Assembly (NCBI GenBank): GCA_021780195.1 | Contig: JAJXZE010000001.1 | Span: 1,603-65,602 of the forward strand | DNA: 64,000 nt | Source: a bacterium | GTDB lineage: Bacteria; Patescibacteriota; Minisyncoccia; UBA6257; 2-01-FULL-56-20 | Direction: 5' to 3' | Part shown: piece by piece, positions 18,954 through 28,168 of the stretch | How positions within the stretch are numbered: position 1 is the first letter of the stretch | Layout: each line of letters opens with the position of its first letter | Notes under the pieces: generated by a model | The model's database searches: none | What the model saw: the letters and a program-made list of their open reading frames with translations, nothing else | Told to the model about the DNA's origin: nothing | Position numbers and translations under genes: made by a program

Positions 18954-21532
18954 ACGGCCTTGCCAAAACCGACGCACTGAAATTCTCGCTCGCCGATCTT
19001 TATGCCAAGCTCGGCACGTCTGAACAGGGCCTTACCGAGAAAGAAGCCGGAAGCCGCCTCGCATCCTCGGGGCCGAACGTTCTCAAGCGAAAAAGCGTGA
19101 ACGCTCTGGACATCCTCGGCCGCCAATTGAAAAGTTCGCTCATTTATCTTCTCATTGGGGCAAGCCTCTTGGCGTACAGTATCCATGATTTTCGGGATGG
19201 CACGATCATCCTCGTCATTCTCCTGATCAACACCTCTCTCGGTTTTTATCAGGAATATAAATCAGAAAAAATCGTCGAAAAACTCTCACGTTTTATCACG
19301 AGGCAGGTCAGGGTAAGGCGCAATGGGCAGATTTCATTGGTTGACGAATCGCAAGTCGTCGTAGGCGACATCCTCATCGTCCGCGAGGGCGACATCGCTT
19401 CAGCTGACATGCGGCTCATCGATACCGAGGACCTGCGGGTCAACGAGTCGCAGCTTACGGGCGAGTCGGCGCCGGTCGCAAAACAGGATTCGACAGGTGC
19501 GGGCGCGAAACCGGAAAACATGCTTTTCACCGGCAGTGTCGTTGAGAAGGGCGAAGGCGTGGGGATTATTTATGCGACAGGAAATGATACGGAGCTTGGC
19601 GTGATCGCAAAGCTTTCCACGGAGACGAAGAAGCAGACGCAATACGAAAAATCGCTTCAGTCATTCAGCTCGTTCCTCATAAAAATTGTCCTAATCGGCC
19701 TTGCCATCATCTTTATCGCCAAATTTTTCCTCGCGCACGGCTCAGGCACCACCGACCTTCTTCTCTTCGTCATCGCGCTCGCCGTGGGAACGGTGCCGGA
19801 GGTGTTGCCCGTGATCGCAACGGTGACGCTTTCGGCGGGGGCGCTCAAGCTTGCCAAACAGCACGTTGTGGTGCGACGCCTGTCCGCCATGGAAGATTTC
19901 GGGAATATCAATCTTCTTTGCACCGACAAGACGGGTACCATCACCGAGAATAAAATGGTGGTAAAGAAAGTTACGGCAACTGACGAGAAGCTTTTTCAGG
20001 TTTTTGCCTATGCGGGTATCACGCCGCTCAAGGGGCGCAAGAAACGGACGCAGAATTCATATGACGAGGCCTTTTTACAGTACGCGTCCGAAGAAATAAA
20101 GAAGGAGGCGGGACATTTCAGGATCCTTAAAGAATTGCCGTTCGATCCCGAAGACCGGAGGAGCCGGTTGGTCGTTGAAAATACGGAGCACAAAAGATGC
20201 TATCTGCTTTCGATCGGCGCGCCGGAAACCTTATTGGCGATAAGCGGCGCAGGACATAAGGCGGAGTATCTCCGCGACATCGCCAAAGAGGGCGGAGAGG
20301 GATTGCACCATCTTGCCATTGCCTATAAAGAGATTTCATATTCAGACAACTTCGACATTTTGAAGAACGAACATGATCTGGCATTTCTTGGCTATGCGAG
20401 CATGGAAGATCCGCTGCGCCCCTCCGCAAAAAAAACCATCGAGCGCGCAGAACGTCTCTGCATCACGATAAAGATCCTTACGGGAGACGGCCGCGAAGTC
20501 GCCGAATACGTCGGGAAACAGATCGGACTTTTGAAGGAGGGCTCTAAGGTCTACCTTGGAGACGAACTGGAAGCGATGACACAGGACGAGTTCAAGGCCG
20601 CGGTCCAGCGCTCGACCATTTTTGCAAGAGTTTCCCCGACCCAGAAGTTCAATATCATCAAAGCCCTCAAGGAGACGAATGTCGTCGGATATCAGGGCGA
20701 CGGCATCAATGACGCTCCCGCCCTGAAGCTTGCGGACGTGGCGATCGCCGTGAATTCCGCAACCGACATCGCGAAAGAGAATGCGGACATCGTGCTTTTA
20801 AACAAAAGCCTGGAGGTCATCATCAACGGCATCAGGTATGGCCGCTCGATTTTCGTAAATATCAATAAATATATCCGTTATACGATGAGTAATAATTTCG
20901 GAGCGTTCGTCGGGCTTTCGACGCTGTATCTGCTCTCCGTCAATCTGCCGATTCTTCCGGTGCAGGTACTGCTCAATAACCTGTTCGGCGACATCCCGCT
21001 CATCATGGTCTCGACCGACACCGTCGAAGACGACGAGGTGGTACAGCCGGAACGACACAACATGCGTGAACTCATGTTCATATCGCTCATTCTCGGCGTT
21101 CCGACCGCGCTCTTCGAGATACTTTACTTCGCCACCATCAGGGCCCAAACAAGCTCGGTTGCGCAAACCAGCCTCTATGTCTTCCTTACGTTCCAGGCGC
21201 TCATCATCTTCTATGCCATTCGCAATAAAAAACATTTTTGGAAGGCAAAAATGTCGTCCGCCGCACTCAACATCTCATTTTTCCTGGCGTTCGTTCTTTC
21301 TCTCGGCATTATCTTCATCCCGCAGTTCCAGGCATGGTTCTCATTCGTACCGATCTCCGCAACGGCGATCGGCACCATTATGATACTCATGTTGCTCTAC
21401 TTCCTTGCCGTTGATTATGTGAAGGTTTGGTATTATCAGGGGACTCGGCTCGGCGGATTATATACCGAATCGGCAACGGCGGGGACCGCGGCGATGGGTG
21501 CTCATTCTGAAAAGCGGGGCGATCAATTTTAA
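18950..21532 (+). CDS. cation-transporting P-type ATPase (MgtA/Ca2+-ATPase-like, P-type II/III)
   Basis: CTDKTGTITENKM phosphorylation motif, GDGINDAPALKLADV hinge motif, about 10 TM segments; start at the internal ATG that overlaps the AbiEii stop (ATGA). Confidence 0.85.
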   Translation: MNGLAKTDALKFSLADLYAKLGTSEQGLTEKEAGSRLASSGPNVLKRKSVNALDILGRQLKSSLIYLLIGASLLAYSIHDFRDGTIILVILLINTSLGFYQEYKSEKIVEKLSRFITRQVRVRRNGQISLVDESQVVVGDILIVREGDIASADMRLIDTEDLRVNESQLTGESAPVAKQDSTGAGAKPENMLFTGSVVEKGEGVGIIYATGNDTELGVIAKLSTETKKQTQYEKSLQSFSSFLIKIVLIGLAIIFIAKFFLAHGSGTTDLLLFVIALAVGTVPEVLPVIATVTLSAGALKLAKQHVVVRRLSAMEDFGNINLLCTDKTGTITENKMVVKKVTATDEKLFQVFAYAGITPLKGRKKRTQNSYDEAFLQYASEEIKKEAGHFRILKELPFDPEDRRSRLVVENTEHKRCYLLSIGAPETLLAISGAGHKAEYLRDIAKEGGEGLHHLAIAYKEISYSDNFDILKNEHDLAFLGYASMEDPLRPSAKKTIERAERLCITIKILTGDGREVAEYVGKQIGLLKEGSKVYLGDELEAMTQDEFKAAVQRSTIFARVSPTQKFNIIKALKETNVVGYQGDGINDAPALKLADVAIAVNSATDIAKENADIVLLNKSLEVIINGIRYGRSIFVNINKYIRYTMSNNFGAFVGLSTLYLLSVNLPILPVQVLLNNLFGDIPLIMVSTDTVEDDEVVQPERHNMRELMFISLILGVPTALFEILYFATIRAQTSSVAQTSLYVFLTFQALIIFYAIRNKKHFWKAKMSSAALNISFFLAFVLSLGIIFIPQFQAWFSFVPISATAIGTIMILMLLYFLAVDYVKVWYYQGTRLGGLYTESATAGTAAMGAHSEKRGDQF

Positions 21533-21582
21533 ATCGGCCCTTTGTCGCGCGGAGCCACGCGGCACTCCGTGAAATAAAAAAG

Positions 21583-21607
21583 ATCCTGCCGCAGGCGCAG
21601 GATTTTG
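21583..21607 (+). terminator. rho-independent terminator downstream of the P-type ATPase
   Basis: atcctgc-cgcaggc-gcaggat followed by tttt; a further 13-bp inverted repeat (21608..21620 / 21649..21661) and a 10-bp hairpin (21725..21755) follow in the convergent junction. Confidence 0.5.
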
Positions 21608-21772
21608 GGAAGGGGCTCCTCGTACTTGGGAGGGGTATCAAAGGGCCTAGGAGCCCCTTCCGAACGGAGCATTCATCCGACTCTCTGAGTCTATGATAGC
21701 AGGTGCTGGTAATTTGTCAAGAACGGCTGGCGGCCGTAAAAAAGCGCCGCCAGCCAACCCCGGGCTATACTG

Positions 21773-22333
21773 CTAACGGGAAGACCAAACGATCCTCCCC
21801 GTATAGCCCGTGGTACGCCTTACAACGCCATTCGCGTCCGCGTTGACGCGGACATTGTGTACCCCGCCTACGAAGCTCGCCGTGCCCTTGCACAGGTTGA
21901 GCCCAATCGCGAGATACTTCCACTTGCCTCCGCGACGATACAGTCGCCTGGCAGACCAGTCCACCGCGAGGTTCAGGAGCGCGTTGGCAAGTACGACCTT
22001 GCTCGCGCTCCTGTCTCCGACGAAACTGGCCCAGCCGGTTTCCGTACCGCGGTAACGACCGAGGAACTTACCGTCTGTTCCTTGGCGCGCTATGGGCGGA
22101 TGATCCAGTACCATGGCCGTCGTTACTCCGTCTAACGACGTCCCCGCAATCAGGTACCACCTCGAGGCCTTGAAGAGAAGATCGGTCTTGCCCGACTCCT
22201 CCCGCGGCCGAAGGTTCACGTACCTGTTTGTCTGATACTGGACTTGGGCAAGGGCATGCGGTGCGGACGAACACAAGCCCACCGCAAACAATATCCACGC
22301 TGTCGCGCGGACGCCTCCTGGTTTTATTCTCAT
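21773..22333 (-). CDS. hypothetical secreted protein (signal peptide, AxA cleavage site)
   Basis: MRIKPGGVRATAWILFAVGLCSSAPHALAQ signal peptide; no recognisable motif. Confidence 0.45.
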   Translation of the reverse strand: MRIKPGGVRATAWILFAVGLCSSAPHALAQVQYQTNRYVNLRPREESGKTDLLFKASRWYLIAGTSLDGVTTAMVLDHPPIARQGTDGKFLGRYRGTETGWASFVGDRSASKVVLANALLNLAVDWSARRLYRRGGKWKYLAIGLNLCKGTASFVGGVHNVRVNADANGVVRRTTGYTGRIVWSSR

Positions 22334-22435
22334 ACTAGTACCCCTCCCAGGGTACTGTCCGCGATTTTATCACAAAAAATAACATTTGTCTATTTCTGCG
22401 CCGTTGCCAGCCGTCGTGCCGCGCGGCATGGTATA

Positions 22436-22936
22436 ATGAATCAACATTTATCCTACATGGACGGCATCGCTCTCGCTGAATCAATACCGGATTCGGTTCT
22501 GCCTTATCCGGACGGCTCTTGGAACCGTGTCAAATATTTTTTTTGGCGCCTACTCACGCCGTGGTTCCCCGCGATCCAGGGCGGCTTTCTCCGCCTCGGC
22601 GTCATTCAGCATCCCGGGGGACGCGGGCGCTACCTCCTAGGACATCTCGCGCCGGGCATCGATGCTTCTCTCTTTGTGCGGCGCCTTGAGGCGGAAGGGG
22701 TGGGGAATCACTTTATTGCATGGACCGAGGAGGATCAGGTGCTCAGTCTTCGCAAGCTCGACGGTTTTGAACATCAGTATCATCTCCGCATTTTTGGGGA
22801 CGGCGAAGTGAGGGGACATTATGAATACACTCCGGAGGCGCATCCGGTGTGGCATCAAAAAGCGATTGGTATCGAGAGGCGGCGGGAGGATCTTTTGCGC
22901 TTACTTGGCGACTTGGTGGTGAAGTCGGATGAATAG
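22436..22936 (+). CDS. hypothetical protein
   Basis: Internal ATG of the 22244 ORF chosen because a TATAAT box abuts it; no recognisable domain. Confidence 0.35.
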   Translation: MNQHLSYMDGIALAESIPDSVLPYPDGSWNRVKYFFWRLLTPWFPAIQGGFLRLGVIQHPGGRGRYLLGHLAPGIDASLFVRRLEAEGVGNHFIAWTEEDQVLSLRKLDGFEHQYHLRIFGDGEVRGHYEYTPEAHPVWHQKAIGIERRREDLLRLLGDLVVKSDE

Positions 22937-22960
22937 GGGCGATGATCACCCTTTCCCCGT

Positions 22961-24502
22961 CTATGCGAATCCCGGGAAGAAGTCGGTCTTGATCTGCGTG
23001 CGCGGGACGCCCATCTTCCGCAGGGTGTGCGTGAAGGCATCCGTCATGGCGTGCGTGCCGGAGAGATAGAACATGCGGTCGCGGTAATCGGGGATCGTGC
23101 GGCGGATAAGCGCGGCATCGATGCGCCCGTGGTGGTACCGATGCGCGCCGCCTTCGGGCACGTCGGGAAGTGCTTCCACGGCGTCCGTGATTGCATAGAC
23201 GGTGCGGAGGCCGATCGCGCGCTCGGCTTCCTCGATTACGTCGCGGTAGGAGATCTCGGCGAACGTGCGGTTGGAATAGAAGAGGGCGACGTCGCGCTTC
23301 TCACCGCGATCCGCGAGGTATTTCAGCATACTGCGGAAAGGCGTGATGCCGATGCCGCCGGCGATGAAGGCGAGCTTGCGGTTTTTCTCGCGCGGGAGCG
23401 TGAAGTCGCCGGCGAGCTGGCCCGCGGCGATCCGGTCGCCGTGTCCCATGCGGAGGAGCGCTTTTTTGAAACTGCTCGACGGTTCGTAGAATTTTACGCC
23501 GAGATGCAGTTCGCGCTCGGTGGGGGATGAAGCGATCGTGAAATACCGGCGGTTGCCGCGGCGGTCGCTCTTCTCATGCTCGAGCGTCCATTCGAGATAC
23601 TGGCCGGGCCGGAAACGCAGGCCCTGCGCGCCGGCGAACGCGAAGTCGTAGGTGTCCGTGCCGGTCTCTTCGCGCCGCTTAAGCGTGAGGAGATAGCGCC
23701 CTTTGGGGCTCGCGAAATAGGCGAAGACGTTGCCGACGAGAAGCGCGAGCTCGGGCGTGGAATAGATCGAGCCGAGGTGCACCGCGGGCGCGAAGAGGAC
23801 GCCGACGAGTGCGCCGTAGATCACGCGCCGCCGCCGCGTAGGGGGCGTGGTCAGGGGCTCCGTGAGCATCACGAATGCGAAGAAGAAGAGCGGCGCGTGA
23901 ACGAGCGCCTTTTCGATCGAGGACAGGGGATCGCCCGCGGGCGAGGTGAGGGCGATCGTCGCGAGTGCGGCGACGAAGAATGCGGCGATAAGGTCGAAGC
24001 GCTGGATCTTCCGTACGATGAGAAGGCCGCCCAGGACGACGAACGCGAGCATCGGGAGGTTGCCGCCTACCCACCAGTTCGCGGACGCGCCGATCGTGAA
24101 GGCGGTCAGGGCCACCGCGAAGGCGGCCGGATTGAAGAGATGTTTTTTGCCGATCGCAAAGATATATTTCGACGCCATTGCCCAGATCGCGGCCCAGACG
24201 AGGAAGGCGACGCCCGCGGCGTTCGCGGGCGTCGCCGGTGCGATGATGAGGGCCAAAATGAGCGCGGTGATATAGACGGACTCTACGTTCGCGTGCGCGT
24301 CGAAGGCGCGCGCGAAGAGCCGGTTCGTGACCCAGGAGACGAAGATGAGGAGTGCGATCGAGAAGGCGAGCGCGGCGGGGCTGATGGGGAGGATGCCGAA
24401 TGCGCCGAAAACGGCGGCGAGCGCGGCGAGGAAGATCAGGTAGTACAGCACGAGGCGGTACATGGTGATCCGGTTGAGGAACGAATCAATGAAGCTAAGC
24501 AT
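22961..24502 (-). CDS. membrane flavoprotein oxidoreductase: N-terminal RnfD/NqrB-like polytopic domain fused to a C-terminal ferredoxin-NADP reductase-like (FAD/NAD(P)-binding) domain
   Basis: About 8 TM helices with an LTEPLTTPP segment, then RRYFTIAS (RxYS/T FAD motif) and IAGGIGITP (NAD(P)-binding GxGxxP). Confidence 0.6.
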   Translation of the reverse strand: MLSFIDSFLNRITMYRLVLYYLIFLAALAAVFGAFGILPISPAALAFSIALLIFVSWVTNRLFARAFDAHANVESVYITALILALIIAPATPANAAGVAFLVWAAIWAMASKYIFAIGKKHLFNPAAFAVALTAFTIGASANWWVGGNLPMLAFVVLGGLLIVRKIQRFDLIAAFFVAALATIALTSPAGDPLSSIEKALVHAPLFFFAFVMLTEPLTTPPTRRRRVIYGALVGVLFAPAVHLGSIYSTPELALLVGNVFAYFASPKGRYLLTLKRREETGTDTYDFAFAGAQGLRFRPGQYLEWTLEHEKSDRRGNRRYFTIASSPTERELHLGVKFYEPSSSFKKALLRMGHGDRIAAGQLAGDFTLPREKNRKLAFIAGGIGITPFRSMLKYLADRGEKRDVALFYSNRTFAEISYRDVIEEAERAIGLRTVYAITDAVEALPDVPEGGAHRYHHGRIDAALIRRTIPDYRDRMFYLSGTHAMTDAFTHTLRKMGVPRTQIKTDFFPGFA

Positions 24503-24511
24503 GTGGGTGGA

Positions 24512-25270
24512 TTATTCGACGACGTAGTGCGAGAATCCTCTGGTCATCGTGGCTATTTTATCATGTCCGATCATATATGCCTCGAACCCCGCGAGGCGCT
24601 CGATGAAAAGAAGCCCCTTTTTGCCCATCGCGAACGCGGCCGTCGCAAAACGATCCGCTTCGTAGATATTGGGGCCGACGACCGTCAGGCTCACGATCTC
24701 CTCTGCGGGCCTGCGGCCGTTTTTCGGGTCATAAATGTGCGGCCCGCGGATATACGTGCCGGAGGTCGCGACGCCCTGGCCGCTCGCCTGGATCACCTTC
24801 ACGTGCTCGGCCTCGTTCCAGGGATTCTTGATGCCGATGCGCCACTTTTTCCCCTCCGCGTTCCTGCCGTGCGGCTGGATGTCGCCGCCGGCGTCCACGT
24901 AAAAATCGGAGAAGCCCTTCGCGAGAAGGATCTGCGCCGCGTTCCAAATGGCCCATCCCTTCACGAGGCCGGAAGGATCGAGCGTCCCTGCGGGCGTCAC
25001 GATGTCGAAGTATCCTTTCGTTTTCTTTTTGGTCTCTTCGGAAAGCTTAAGGACCTGCTTCATCTCTTCGCTCGCGTCCTCGGGCGAAAGATCGCGGCGG
25101 TTGATCGCCGAGATCTCGCTCGTCGTTTTGTAGGTGCTGAACTTTTCGTCCACCGAGCGGAAATAATCAAAAACGGCGTCGGCCACCGCGTGTACCGCCG
25201 CCGCGCCGCCCGCGCCGTTCGGGATTTCGACCGTGACCGGCATGCCCATGATGATCCGCGTCTCTTTCAT
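24512..25270 (-). CDS. apbE: FAD:protein FMN transferase (ApbE family flavin transferase)
   Basis: MKETRIIMGMPVTVEI ... GFSDFYVDAGGDIQPHG ... ApbE-typical pattern; 252 aa. Confidence 0.75.
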   Translation of the reverse strand: MKETRIIMGMPVTVEIPNGAGGAAAVHAVADAVFDYFRSVDEKFSTYKTTSEISAINRRDLSPEDASEEMKQVLKLSEETKKKTKGYFDIVTPAGTLDPSGLVKGWAIWNAAQILLAKGFSDFYVDAGGDIQPHGRNAEGKKWRIGIKNPWNEAEHVKVIQASGQGVATSGTYIRGPHIYDPKNGRRPAEEIVSLTVVGPNIYEADRFATAAFAMGKKGLLFIERLAGFEAYMIGHDKIATMTRGFSHYVVE

Positions 25271-25281
25271 CGCGCGGGATG

Positions 25282-25860
25282 TTATGCCTTGGCGGCCTGG
25301 AGCGTCGCGGCGAGCGACTGCATGAAGGCCTCGCTTGTCTGCGTGGCTCCCGACACGACGTCCACGTTCGCGCTCTGCGCCTGGATCGCTTCCTGCGTGA
25401 GCTGGGGCATGGCCATGCCGTTGATCGCGCGCGAGGTGCCGCGGTCGTTCGGATACTGCAGGAACTCGACGTCGGTTACTTTGCCGTTTATGACCACCGT
25501 CCTTACCTGCACGCTACCGAAATAGGCGTCGGCGACCGGGCCGATGTAGGCGCCGTCCTTATATTGGCCGCTCATCATGCCTGGACCCATCCCCGCGCCG
25601 GCACTCATGCCCATGCCGTTTCCCGCGCCGGCGCCCGAGGGAGATGCGCCCGCGACGGAAGGCGCCTGGGAAATCGGCTGGTTCGCGCCCTGGCCGGCGC
25701 TTACGCCGGCTCCCGCTCCCGCACCCGCGCCAAAACCTGCGCCGGTATTCGCGCCGGTGCCGCCCGCGCCCGGCCCGACCTGGACGGAGTTCTGATTCTC
25801 GAGCATCACGTAGAACGCGAAAACGACGATCAACGCAAAGGAGAGCAAATATTTTTTCAT
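25282..25860 (-). CDS. extracytoplasmic FMN-binding domain protein (flavinylation substrate; signal/TM anchor plus Gly/Ala-rich linker)
   Basis: N-terminal TM, low-complexity GAGFGAGAGAGAG linker, and the C-terminal VDVVSGATQTSEAF motif ([S/T]GAT flavinylation motif of FMN_bind domains). Confidence 0.7.
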   Translation of the reverse strand: MKKYLLSFALIVVFAFYVMLENQNSVQVGPGAGGTGANTGAGFGAGAGAGAGVSAGQGANQPISQAPSVAGASPSGAGAGNGMGMSAGAGMGPGMMSGQYKDGAYIGPVADAYFGSVQVRTVVINGKVTDVEFLQYPNDRGTSRAINGMAMPQLTQEAIQAQSANVDVVSGATQTSEAFMQSLAATLQAAKA

Positions 25861-25987
25861 ATGCCCCTATTATACAAGAATGCGCGATGATTTGTTTCAT
25901 TGCGCGGCGCGCAAGCTTGTGCGCGGGCCGTGTGGCCGCGCGCCTTTGCGCCTTTGCGCGCGTTCCACGGCGGGGTAGAATAAGCCC

Positions 25988-28018
25988 ATGGCCAACATCC
26001 CCTCAATAGACGCCGCGGACTTCGACCGTTCGGCACGCCCCGCCGACGATTTTTTTCGTTTCGTGAACGGCACATGGCTCGCGGAGAATCCGATCCCCGC
26101 CGATGAAGCGCGGTGGGGTTCCTTTTATGCTCTGCGCGTGAACGTGCAGGAAGAGCTCAAGGCGATCTTCGACGACCTTGGTGCGGGGAAGCTGATGGAG
26201 CCGGAGGCGATTGCGGCGCAGGTGAAGGCCTTCTATGCTTCCGCGGTGGATATGGAGGCACGCAACCGTGCGGGCCTCGCGCCGATCGAACCCCTACTCC
26301 GTGCGATCGATGCGGCGGAAGGACCCGAAGCGCTTGTGCGCCTTCTCGCGCGCCTGCATCGCGCGGGCATCGGCGCCTGGTTTGCGCCGGCAGTTCTGCA
26401 GGACGAAAAGAACGTGGAAGTGATGGCGTTCCATCCGTACCAGGGCGGCCTTGGGCTTCCCGACCGCGATTATTACCTAAAGGACGACGACCGGAGCCGC
26501 GAAATCCGTGCGAAATATCTCACCTATATGGAGGGTATGCTTGCGCGCCTCGACGGCGCGAAGGGTGTCGCTGTACCGGCAAGTGCCGCCGCGGAAGCCG
26601 CCGCCGCGGAAATTATGAAAATTGAAACGGAACTCGCGGCGGCGTCGATGACGCGCGTCGAGCTTCGGGATCCGGAGCCGCAGTATAACAAGCGGACGTT
26701 CGCGGAGGTCGCGGCGCTTACGCCGCACTTCGCGTGGCGGGCGTACTTCGAGGAACTCGGCGCGGCTCCGCCGGAATATTTCATCGTGCCCCAGCTTGCA
26801 TTTATGACTGCGGTCGATCGTCAGGTCGGCTCCCTGCCTATCGCCGCGATCAGGCAGTATCTCCGGTGGGCGGTGTTGAACGATGCGGCGTCGCTCCTCG
26901 ACGAAGAAATTGAAAGGGCGCACTTCGATTTTTACGGACGGACCGTGAGCGGGATAGCGGAGATGAAGCCGTTATGGCGCCGCGCGCTCCTCGTGACGAG
27001 CGGGATGCTCGACGAGGCGGTGGGCCAGCTTTACGTGACGCGCCATTTCAGCCCGGAAGCAAAGCGGCGCGTGGCCGGGATCGTGGACAATCTGATCCGC
27101 GCTTTCCGCGCGCGTATCGAAGCCCTTGACTGGATGGGCCCCGCAACCAAGGAGAAGGCCTTTGCGAAACTCGCCGCGTTCTCGCGGAAGATCGGATACC
27201 CGGATGCGTGGAAGGACTATTCCGCGCTCGCAAAGCTCGGCGCCGGCTATGCCGAGAATTATTTTACGGTGCAGGCCTTCGAATTTGACCGGCAGATGAG
27301 GAAGATGGGCGGCCCCGTCGATCGCACGGAATGGTTCATGTCCCCGCAGACCGTGAATGCATATTACCAACCGCCGATGAATGAGATCGTCTTCCCCGCG
27401 GCGTTCCTCCAGCCGCCATTCTTTGATCCCGCGGCGGACGATGCGGTGAACTACGGCGCGGTCGGCCAGACAATCGGGCACGAGCTTACGCACGGATTCG
27501 ACGACGAGGGGAGCCAGTTCGATGCCGATGGAAACCTTGCAAACTGGTGGACCGCGGAGGATCGCGCCCGTTTCGCGGAAAAGGCGGAGCGTCTTGTGGC
27601 GCAGTATGATGCCTGCGAGATATTGCCGGGCCTCCATGTGAACGGCCATCTGACGCTTGGGGAAAACATCGCCGATCTCGGCGGCCTTGCGGTGGCGTAT
27701 GACGGGTTCGTGCTCGCGCAAAAAGAAAATGCGCTTGGCGGCGCGGCACCCGCGGCACCCGGCGCGCCTTTTCGTCCCGCGCCCGCCGCGGACGAGTTCA
27801 CGCCCGCGCAGAGATTTTTCATGGCGTATGCCGTCACGGAATGCGGCGTGGCGCGCGAGGAAGCCGAGCGTTTGAGGGCGCAGACCGATCCGCACTCGCC
27901 GAGCCGTTTCCGTGTGAATGTTCCCGTATCCAATTTCGGGCCGTTCTACGAGGCCTTCGGTGTAAAGGAGGGCGACGCCCTGTGGCGTCCCCCGGAAGAG
28001 CGTGTGAACTTGTGGTAA
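25988..28018 (+). CDS. pepO: M13-family zinc metalloendopeptidase (PepO/neprilysin-like)
   Basis: GQTIGHELTHGFDDEG (HExxH), NAYY motif, 676 aa, no signal peptide. Confidence 0.85.
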   Translation: MANIPSIDAADFDRSARPADDFFRFVNGTWLAENPIPADEARWGSFYALRVNVQEELKAIFDDLGAGKLMEPEAIAAQVKAFYASAVDMEARNRAGLAPIEPLLRAIDAAEGPEALVRLLARLHRAGIGAWFAPAVLQDEKNVEVMAFHPYQGGLGLPDRDYYLKDDDRSREIRAKYLTYMEGMLARLDGAKGVAVPASAAAEAAAAEIMKIETELAAASMTRVELRDPEPQYNKRTFAEVAALTPHFAWRAYFEELGAAPPEYFIVPQLAFMTAVDRQVGSLPIAAIRQYLRWAVLNDAASLLDEEIERAHFDFYGRTVSGIAEMKPLWRRALLVTSGMLDEAVGQLYVTRHFSPEAKRRVAGIVDNLIRAFRARIEALDWMGPATKEKAFAKLAAFSRKIGYPDAWKDYSALAKLGAGYAENYFTVQAFEFDRQMRKMGGPVDRTEWFMSPQTVNAYYQPPMNEIVFPAAFLQPPFFDPAADDAVNYGAVGQTIGHELTHGFDDEGSQFDADGNLANWWTAEDRARFAEKAERLVAQYDACEILPGLHVNGHLTLGENIADLGGLAVAYDGFVLAQKENALGGAAPAAPGAPFRPAPAADEFTPAQRFFMAYAVTECGVAREEAERLRAQTDPHSPSRFRVNVPVSNFGPFYEAFGVKEGDALWRPPEERVNLW

Positions 28019-28168
28019 GGCCTTCCCGCAGGACGTGCTTCTCATGAACATCCCTCCCTCGTAAATGTTCCCGAAGCCCGTTGCCTGTGGGGAGCTTCTT
28101 TGACATAGGTGCGGGCTGGCAAGGAGCGCCGTTTTCTGGTAAAATAGAGCTACTGTCGAGGCATCACT

